A DNA stretch of 56,476 bases, counting the filler, from Perkinsus olseni (lineage: Eukaryota): the NCBI GenBank assembly GCA_013115125.1. It is 2 parts of 2 records of this genome, joined end to end, with 100 filler letters (N's around TTAATTAATTAA, not from the genome) between each part and the next. Parts side by side here need not be neighbours in the genome. Positions count along the whole stretch, not along the records: positions 28,307 to 56,476 come from JABANN010000454.1; 1 more part is not named here. One strand, given 5' to 3'. The translations under genes were made by a program, and so were the position numbers. Every line of letters begins with the position of its first letter. Position 1 is the stretch's first letter. Shown here in pieces: positions 48,262 through 56,476 of this stretch. The notes under the pieces were generated by a model. That model was not told the DNA's origin. It worked only from the letters and a program-made list of their open reading frames with translations, and made no database searches.

Positions 48262-50187
48262 GATTGGTCTTGGGTCGTAGATCAGCCTTGTCGCAGCAGT
48301 CCTCGAAAGGGCCTGTTGTTGAAGAGCGACAGTAAAAGTATAATGAAGATAAGGCGCTGCTGCTGCTGCTGCTACTACCCCTTGGAAAGTGGGAATAGTG
48401 TTGTTCTCTTGCTAACTTCTCTCCACATATATAACAGAAGTTAATCTTATTACGGCACTGCGGACTAGAGCAGGTCATGAAGTTACAACCATGCTCCTTG
48501 GACACGATCACTCCACACACTGGGCATCTACAACAACAACAACAGCGGCGGTGGCGAGGGGCAGGAGGGGCAGGAGGAGTACTTCCGCCAACCCTTATCC
48601 TTAGCCAAGGCATCTGTTGTCTCTTCCTCCTTCTGTCCAGCTGCTACTCTTTCACATGATTTACCAATATGCCCTCCCAAGTGGTAGCACCTACCCAATG
48701 CCCTTACCATGACTTACACTTGGGACACACAGCGTCTACTACTTGGGACAGAATACTTTACCACAACCAGGGCATTGACATGATGGATCCATCTCATCCT
48801 TGTTGTCAACTAAGAAGGCGTAGTCACAACCAGCATGGGGGCACTCGATAAAATGGCCGTCCTGATGAGGAGGAGGAGGACCATGGTGGGAGTAGAGGAC
48901 AAGAAGGATGGGAGGACTTTAGTATTTCCTGTTTTATAGACATGCTTAAATCTGAATTCTAAGAACTTCTGCCATATAGCCGAACCATCATCATCGCCTT
49001 CTGCTTCTGCTGCTGCTGCCGAATCAACTATTATGTATCTAAGTATAGGGTTGATTGACGGCGGAGCGATGCAGTAGGGAGGGAGGCTAGCAACTACTCT
49101 GCTTGGGAAATTCCAATGGTAACCGTACACTTGGGCATTGGACATGTAAATTCATCATCCCGGACCTGAGGGGAATGGTGCCCTCTCTGGGATTCGAACC
49201 CGAGACCTCACCTGACCATCCATTATCCTACTCTTGATGTAGTCCCTTGCACATGGTATACACATAAAATGATCACACGCTAAACGCATACCATCCTCGA
49301 CGGGCAGGTCCTTCTCCAGACAGAGTGGACAGTCCCGAGACGGCAGAGGACGGCTGCTGCTGCTGCTGCCAGCCTGCACGGCATGATGGTATTGATGATC
49401 CAGGGGACGAGGGCGTATGCTGACTTCATTGTCCTCCCGAGCAGCTCTCTCCTCCTCTTCTATTGTGAAGGTAGCCAAAGCAAGCTCTTCCTTCAAGCGA
49501 GCAGCAGCCTCTACCCCTGTCCTCCCAACTCCATCATCATCCTCATCCAAGTCAATAACATCATCATCGATACCGGTAGTAGCCTACTAGCCAGCGTCCC
49601 CTCCCACTGCTGCTGTTGCTGCCATCATTACCTCTGGGTTCATACCATCTATGCACATAATAAGGTACCTCCGCCATATGGCGGTCGCATCAGGCTGACC
49701 AGCCTGCTGCTGCTGCTGTTGTTGTTGACGTTGGTCCCTTCCTCCTCCTGACGGCGACGAGGAGGAGGCTGCCTCGTTTTCCCGCTTGTTGTTGTTATTG
49801 TCGGTGTGCAGCTGTAATATAACATATCTAGGAGTAGTGTGGTGTGTATTGGAGGTGGTGAAGCGCTATTACTTAATTTGATCCAACGTCATTGCTTGGC
49901 TACACCCAGGGCATGTTATACTCACGACGGAGGTCTGATGATTATGATACCGAGACAAGTTGAGGGCCATCAATATCACCTTAACACAACACGATCCCGG
50001 TGCTGCTGCTGTTGTTGTTGTTGTTGTAGTGTTGTTGTTGGCGTTGAGTATGGTTGATAGTACATAACGGTGGATGCATGGATTACAGGTGAAGTGGCCA
50101 CAATCAAGAGTAACCCCTTGATCAATTGGTATGCCATAGAGGCTGCCCCCTCCACCACAGCATACACAATACTGACGACCACCAGTC

Positions 50188-50225
<38 letters not shown>

Positions 50226-50498
50226 GCATACAACAGCCACACTGTCCTGGGAGGATGTCTCTCCGACCACTTCAACTACACCACTACTCTCCACAGAGCC
50301 ACCATCATACCGTGCCTGCACTAATGACGACGACGGGTTCGCTGATGAGGTCTGCATTACCTTCTTGGCTGCTGTCGACTGTTGTTCCCCTCGGGCGGCA
50401 CTGGCCTCCACCTGGCTGACTGTTGCCTCTCCGCCTCCCCTCCTCTTCCTACCATGGTTTGGTGATTTCATCGATAGTAAGTGCATGAACGACATCAT
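48014..50498 (-). CDS. RBR (RING-IBR-RING) E3 ubiquitin ligase with an additional N-terminal RING and a poly-Q tail
   Basis: Extra RING: CVCC..DCGHFTCNPC..CPGC. RING1: CPLC..ACDHFMCIPC. IBR fragments: CPKC, HIGKSC. RING2: CPVCGVIVSKEHGCNFMTC..C..FCYICG. Confidence 0.82.
48168..48262. repeat. (CAA/CAG)n coding poly-glutamine tract
   Basis: Long GCT/GTT run on the + strand, translated as poly-Q in ORF 48014-48613. Confidence 0.9.
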
Positions 50499-50579
50499 TG
50501 ACAATCATAACACAACACCACCGATGACGATGAACTGAAACACTCCAACAGAAACCAATGTTACTGGCATGCTGATGAC

Positions 50580-52187
50580 TCAGGTTCGATCCCTGCTAGA
50601 TACATCTCCGTTGCATCTCAATTTTACCTCTACTATATCCACCAAATATGGTGTAACCTGGCATTCTACCGCCCATCGGCGTCCACGATCCAACCTTCGA
50701 AGTGTCTGTCCAACATCCTCCTGGAATGTAGAACTGCGTGCCTCCGTGTCACCGGCGGTAAGGTCTACGGATGATGAGGGCACTTTGATGATGACATTTG
50801 AGTCAAATAGGTTGAGGTCTAGGATACACTTGACATGATCGAGGGTTAGACCACCTTCCTGCTCCTGCTGCTGCTGCTGCTGCAAAGCCTCTCCTCCCAT
50901 CGATTCTAGTACCGCTATCAGTTGCAGCTTGGACGCATTGGATAATAAGGGCGTTCTATTGGTGGTGGTAGGGGAGGGTAGTAGAGCAGTGATGATATGT
51001 AGTAGTACATTGTATGAGGAGGATGGTACGAGCATAGAGCGGTCCCCACCACTGAGGAGTAGGGCATAGGCCAGTATACAGCATTGACTTATCGACTGTA
51101 TAGAGGAAAGGACATCGTCATCAATGATACGATGATATACATAATGAATACCAGTACGATACTCTAATTTAGCATATCCAACAAGAGCTGTTACCAACCC
51201 TATCGGGGGTATCCTCCGTATCATAGACAGTTGTTGGTGGCTCCAGTCCAGGAATGGTTGATGGTAGTAGTTAACTCTAGCCATCGAGGCGATACCCATG
51301 ACTATAGCCTGCTCACTAAGGCCCCAATCAGGTGCCTTATTACAGTACATGGACACGACACTGGTCTGGAGGCAGTCCAGTCTAGAGAAGCCATCCAGCA
51401 ACATGACATAACCCTGATGGGATACATCACCATCCTGAACTACTTCATCAGCCCTCCTCGATAGACCACTTATCATTTCACCATCCTTACCAGCATTTGG
51501 TACACTCCTAGCAAGACCATGAACAACACATGCCAGCTGCCACCCTGATAGCTCAGTAGTCCTCATCCTCACTTGGCTGAGTAGCTGAGGTACAGCACAC
51601 CCAGGGACTTCCCTCTGTAGCCTAGCTGTTGCATTAAGGAGAGCTGATAACCCTCGGGCTGTGTATGATACATGACCGTTCGATAACGCATCAAAGGCAG
51701 CTGAGAATATTATATGGGAATCCCGATCCATCTTAGCCAGAGCATTGAGTAAAAGGGCATAGTCTTGCTCTGATAGTATAACCACCTGTGATGACGCTAA
51801 CTGCCCAACTCTCCTCTCAATAACCTCTAGTAGACCATCATCAGGTTGGGCCTTTACTGTACTAAGGGCCGCCAGGCATAGGGACAGGCTCTTCCCAGTA
51901 GTCATGGTAGGTGCCATACTCCTGAGTAGAGTACGTAGTTCAGGATGCAGTAGTATGGACCTAGCATGAGGGCTCTTGCCTAGGGTGTGGATTATAGTGG
52001 TGATGTCACGCTCAGTGAGGGTATGGGAAGAGGAGGAGAGGGTTTGGAGGAATAGAGGAGGCTGGAAGTTGGGGCCCTTAGTGGAAGTAAGATATACCAT
52101 CGCTGGATGGGTAACAGGTGGCGAGGTAGATGCAACAGCAGCAGCTTCCTTGAGGAGGGGCTGAGTTGTCTTGTAGAGGTGATGCAT
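50580..52187 (-). CDS. Intronless helical-repeat protein with a short RAP-like C-terminus
   Basis: Repeats of about 35-40 aa (SEQDYALLLNALAK, TARGLSALLNATAR, SGWQLACVVHGLAR, SHQGYVMLLDGFSR, PIGLVTALVGYAK). The tail SSTFQEDVGQTL..VECQVTPYLVDI resembles the start of a RAP domain. Confidence 0.72.
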   Translation of the reverse strand: MHHLYKTTQPLLKEAAAVASTSPPVTHPAMVYLTSTKGPNFQPPLFLQTLSSSSHTLTERDITTIIHTLGKSPHARSILLHPELRTLLRSMAPTMTTGKSLSLCLAALSTVKAQPDDGLLEVIERRVGQLASSQVVILSEQDYALLLNALAKMDRDSHIIFSAAFDALSNGHVSYTARGLSALLNATARLQREVPGCAVPQLLSQVRMRTTELSGWQLACVVHGLARSVPNAGKDGEMISGLSRRADEVVQDGDVSHQGYVMLLDGFSRLDCLQTSVVSMYCNKAPDWGLSEQAIVMGIASMARVNYYHQPFLDWSHQQLSMIRRIPPIGLVTALVGYAKLEYRTGIHYVYHRIIDDDVLSSIQSISQCCILAYALLLSGGDRSMLVPSSSYNVLLHIITALLPSPTTTNRTPLLSNASKLQLIAVLESMGGEALQQQQQQEQEGGLTLDHVKCILDLNLFDSNVIIKVPSSSVDLTAGDTEARSSTFQEDVGQTLRRLDRGRRWAVECQVTPYLVDIVEVKLRCNGDVSSRDRT

Positions 52188-52274
52188 GATGAACTACTGC
52201 ATGATGACTACTATGTGACGACACTGTATCATCATCAACAACTACAAATGATACAGAAACATTCGTGCTGATAA

Positions 52275-53471
52275 TCATAGTATAGCAGCCTTGGTCATAG
52301 CCTCTCTACAATCATCAGCGGACAGGGTGTTCTGAGCCCCCAGACAACGACAGTTCTCAGCCGCTAGGAAAGTGGCAAACTCCAAGTCTGCTTGTGTTGG
52401 TACGAACGAATTATTATTACCCTAAAGTAGTGATTCCATCACACTGTGTCTTGCGTGGTTGGAGTTAAGACCCTACCTCCTTGGTAGACAGCATCCTTCT
52501 CTTGCACATACAGTACACCAACCCTGCTTGGAAGGCATCCCCAGCGCCGGTGGTGTCAACAACATCATCAACCTGTCGATCAACATCATCATAGTCACCA
52601 CCACCACCCCTACTACTACCATTACTACCTGATGTGATGGTATACATCTCCTGCTGCTGCTGTCCTTGGTCCCCTCTTCCTTCTGCTGTTTGAGTATCAA
52701 CTCAGCACCATCCCCACCCATGGTTACAACTATCCACTCTAGATGAGGGCATGCATCAAAGATACTCCGAACATGAGTAAAGAGAGTAGTGTGTACATCA
52801 TGAAGGGTATGATGACCACTAACTATAATACCAGTACATAGCTGTAGCAGTTGCCTCAGTCTGGCCCTGTCACTACGTTCAACATCCATCACTACTGGTA
52901 CCCCTCTAGTAACAGCAGCCTCTGTAGCATACACTTCGGCAACATGAGGGAATCTACCGTCCAGGTATAGACAGGATACCTGGGTTGTCGACCAGAAGTG
53001 GTGATAGGTGATGATAGGTATCTCATCAGGCATCATCTGTTCGCTCATCCTACTGTGTACAATAGTCCTACTATCTTCACTCGATATTATGTAAGATAAC
53101 CCTAGATGCCCCTCCTTCTTAACAACTACCATACCATGCCTGAACATGCCTAGTGTATCCAGTTCATCATAGACACCATGCTGGTTACCTAGTATCTTAG
53201 TAACCAGTTCAACCTCCGCGCCCAACTTATGTAGAGCTACAGCAACATTACATGCATTACCACCTAGACTCTCTCTATACCCAGTAGACACAACTTTACT
53301 ATCCTCCAACGGGTAGGTGGGCACCTCTACTGTTATGTCACGACATACCAACCCTACACATAGTATAAGGGGCTCCCATCGTGGAGGACAGGAAGGAGAT
53401 GTCATATTGATAGAAGGAGGCAGGTGGTAGACTTGCCCACCTTTCAACATCTTGCAATTCCTCAACGTCAT
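52275..53471 (-). CDS. PfkB/ribokinase-family sugar kinase (ketohexokinase-like)
   Basis: ILCVGLVCRD..YPLEDSK..GGNACNVAVALHKLG, YLDGR, VVTMGGDG. After an intron: VVDTTGAGDAF. Confidence 0.9.
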
Positions 53472-53527
53472 GATGAGTCGGGTCGATGATCTCCTGTGAA
53501 CATGTAGTACGACTCTGTTGTTGTAGT

Positions 53528-54589
53528 ATGAAGTTCTCATGGTCCGAGCCTGCCCCATCCCCACCACATGATGATGAGGCAGTAGTATCAGAGAGGAGGG
53601 GGTCTGCTGCTGCTGCTACTGCCGCCGCCGACGACCCTAGGCCAGTGAAGGTGTTAGATGCACCACCAAGGCATAGACCATCACCAAGGACCCCTAGAAG
53701 GAAGAAGGTTGGGGCAGCAGCAGCAGCACAGACTAGTAGACCATGGCACCAGCAGTCTACTACCACTCCAAGCCTGCATCATAGGAGTAGGGGAGGGCGT
53801 ACACCCACAGGGAGCGCATTGATATATCGGAAGGATGTTAAGTCGGAGACAGCAGCATTGATGCATAGATTGGTGTCGGAGAAGCAAGAGAGGCAGCAGC
53901 AGCAGCAGTCATCAGGCAACAGCAGGGGTAGTACAATAGTACCGCAGGTTAGGGATGATGGGGTACGTAGTCTGGTAGCGGCAGCAGCGGGCCGTAGTAA
54001 GGAGATAGAGAGGAGACAACGTCTGAGGATGGCTGCTGTACTCAATGATACTCATCATCATACTACAACCACTACTACTAGAACACTATCACCACCACCT
54101 CACAGTGGACTGGTATTCTCTAAACCTTCAATCAAGGACCCTGCATCATCATCATCATCGAGAGTGAGATCAGAGTCCATTCAAAGTGCTCGGTCGTCCT
54201 CCCCTAAGAAGATGGAAGGGGTGCACCTACCCCAAGCCCAGCTTCCGCCAGCTACCTCTGCTGTGGGCGCCTTCAGTTGGAGTGCACCAGCGCCAGCTTC
54301 CCTACCACTATCTGATGATGATGATACTGACTCATCGTCGTCGATGTCTAACTCGCTGGGTAGACATAGATTCCATAATAAACGGAAGGTCCGTCGAAAA
54401 GGTGGTGATGAGGGGTCCAATGGTAGTTGGTCTCTCCCTTCTAGTGATGCTAGTAATAGCTCTGATGATGATTATGATAGTCAAAGGAGAGGGTCTGCCG
54501 CCAAGAGGAGGACGAAGGTAGTATACAGCTACACTCACATGCTATTATCATGTATACTCTTACAGAGCTCATCCTCTGTATTATCCAAT

Positions 54590-54623
<34 letters not shown>

Positions 54624-55972
54624 GTGTTGTGGATGGTTACAGCAGCTTCCTCAGGGTCTACAAGGCCAAGAAGGTAGTGGTGGTAGTAGAGTAGGGGTAA
54701 CAGGGGGAGTACTAGTGTAGGCACTGCCATCATCAAGTGTGGATAATACAGTTATGAAGAGGGTCTGGAAGAGGCTCAGTGACAGTGATAAGGACATCTG
54801 GAGGAAGGAGGAGATACGACAGGTAGTAAGACGACTGAGCTCAGTAGCCCACTAAACTTGGTCGTAATCAGTTATCGGTGAAGAGGTTGAAGAGCGACAT
54901 AAGGAGCGAGATACTAACACCAAGTAACTTCACGTCATGGTGTAGTGAGATGAGGGCCTTGAGAGATCCTCATCTCGGTCCTAATAAGATAGTTGATGTA
55001 ACACTGTTGATGGCTATGCTGCAACGCCTGGCCAGGCATCCCCACCTAGATGGTCGGAGTATTTTTAAAGATCGTTTGAAGAAGGATATACTACCTATGC
55101 TACAGCCACACGGAGGGTGGGGGCCTGATCTTAATAAGGCTACTACTACTGGATGGTTACTACCTATTGCCAAGTCGATAAAGAACTCTCTGAGAAAGTT
55201 GATTATAGCAGCTGAGGAGCTTCCATCAGGGAGGAAGAAAAAGGAGGATGAGGAGGAGGGATACCTGTCTAGTGTAAAGGAAGTTAAAGCGCTGTTGGGG
55301 ATTGATACCAGTGGCAGTCGGTCACCAAAGAGGAGGAGGAAGGAGGAGGCCACATCAGCAGCTACACCGACTACTACCACTCCAACCGCAACATCAGTTA
55401 GTATCGAGGACCAGCGTAGTAAAGTTAGGGCAGTGTTGCAGAGTAAAGCATTAGCAGATGAGGAGGTCGGGGCGGCTACCGAGGCTGCAAAGGCTCTAGA
55501 GGAGGCCTTATGGCGAGAATATGGTGACTACCACGATAACGATGACGATCATGACCAACAGCAACAATCACGTCAAGTAGAGTTGAAGGAATATTACTCC
55601 AGAGTTAGAACTCTTACCTTTAATTTAAGACAGAATGGTAGATTGAGGTCACGTCTATTGGAAGGAGGATATGAGTATGGTGCGGTACTGGCAGTGATGA
55701 GTGTCGAGGAGATGGCCACAGATGAGCAACAAGCATCGAGGAGGGATGTGGTGGAGAGGGGCTTGAAGGCTGTAGTACGACAAGAGAAGGAAAGTCTAGT
55801 TGAAGATAGACAGAAGATAATGGACCTGCATCAGAGGAACGATTCCCCTGCAGATGATGCTGAACGGCAACATGAAGAGAATCCCAATAACACCAACAAC
55901 ACCAACAAGAAGGCAACAGTCAACATGGCTAGTGATGATAATGATTATAGAGTTGGGGAAGAAGTGGTATGA
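53528..55972 (+). CDS. Protein with HMG-box-like segment and TFIIS central (M) domain
   Basis: SFLRVYKAKK/..VMKRVWKRLSDSDKDIW is HMG-like. The C-terminal RSKVRAVL..AKALEEAL..YYSRVRTLTFNLRQNGRLRSRLLEG..LAVMSVEEMATDE matches the TFIIS_M pattern. Confidence 0.7.
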
Positions 55973-56476
55973 ACATGATGGTATTGATCTAGCACGAGTG
56001 TGCACTATCGTAGTACTATTATTATCATCATTCTCGAACGTAGTAGTAGCAGTAGTACTACCGGTGATATTATCGTTAAGAGATTCCTAACGTTTTCTAC
56101 TTTCCCGGAATACATTGCGTTAAACAGTGATCCTCATCATCATCACTTTCCCAACAGCAACTTGAGTATGATGCCAAGCGATGTCCATGCTCGAGTTGTC
56201 GATGAGATGACCATCACCACAAGGGATCCACCCTTCACGGACGATTACCGAATACAAGTCCTCTATAGGTAGGCTGATGCTGCTGCTGCGACTCCCCAAG
56301 AGCGGCTGCACTGTTCTTCTTCTTGATGATGATCAGGGATGATGATATACTGATAGTAGAGAAGCCGTATGATTTGAGGGTTGATGGTGACTACACGTAC
56401 ACTCTACACCATTTCCCGTGCAAGTTTGACACGTGAGCAGACAAGAATGACATTGTTGAATCCAAGAATGACAATG

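Noticed and set aside
52573-52628. Apparent frameshift in the pfkB kinase
   Set aside because: Explained by a GT-AG intron giving RCIPSHQ/VDDVVDTTGAGDAF.
1-56476. CRISPR arrays, tRNA/rRNA genes, transposase or reverse transcriptase ORFs
   Set aside because: No repeat-spacer periodicity, cloverleaf, rRNA motifs or DDE/RT signatures were seen.

Overview
Gene-dense, intron-rich eukaryotic nuclear DNA with short (about 35-60 nt) GT-AG introns. Gene content and style suggest a myzozoan alveolate such as Perkinsus (inference). The window is two contigs joined by an artificial 100-nt linker (44 N + TTAATTAATTAA + 44 N, 28207-28306). The left contig is GC-richer with few repeats. It carries a glucosidase II beta subunit, a tandem pair of lineage-specific secreted proteins (each apparently with one lesion), a locus with four bromodomains, an atypical DYRK-like kinase, a helical-repeat (OPR/HPR-like) protein, a YheT-like alpha/beta hydrolase, NOP10, a tandem pair of intron-containing prokaryote-type family-6 UDG (hypoxanthine-DNA glycosylase-like) genes, and a hypothetical gene. 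The right contig is AT-richer and saturated with trinucleotide microsatellites. It carries the METTL16 3' end, a CLN3/battenin-like transporter, several membrane proteins including a tandem CCFCGCN pair, SRP receptor alpha, a SUI1/mL49-like plus RRM-like protein, a GT32 glycosyltransferase, an RBR E3 ligase with an extra RING, a RAP-type repeat protein, a pfkB kinase and an HMG-like/TFIIS-M protein. Exon joins were reconstructed by eye, so gene ends are approximate. No tRNA, rRNA, CRISPR array or intact transposon was seen. The best candidates for novelty are the duplicated family-6 glycosylases, the SUI1/mL49-RRM protein, the four-bromodomain locus and the two compositional compartments.
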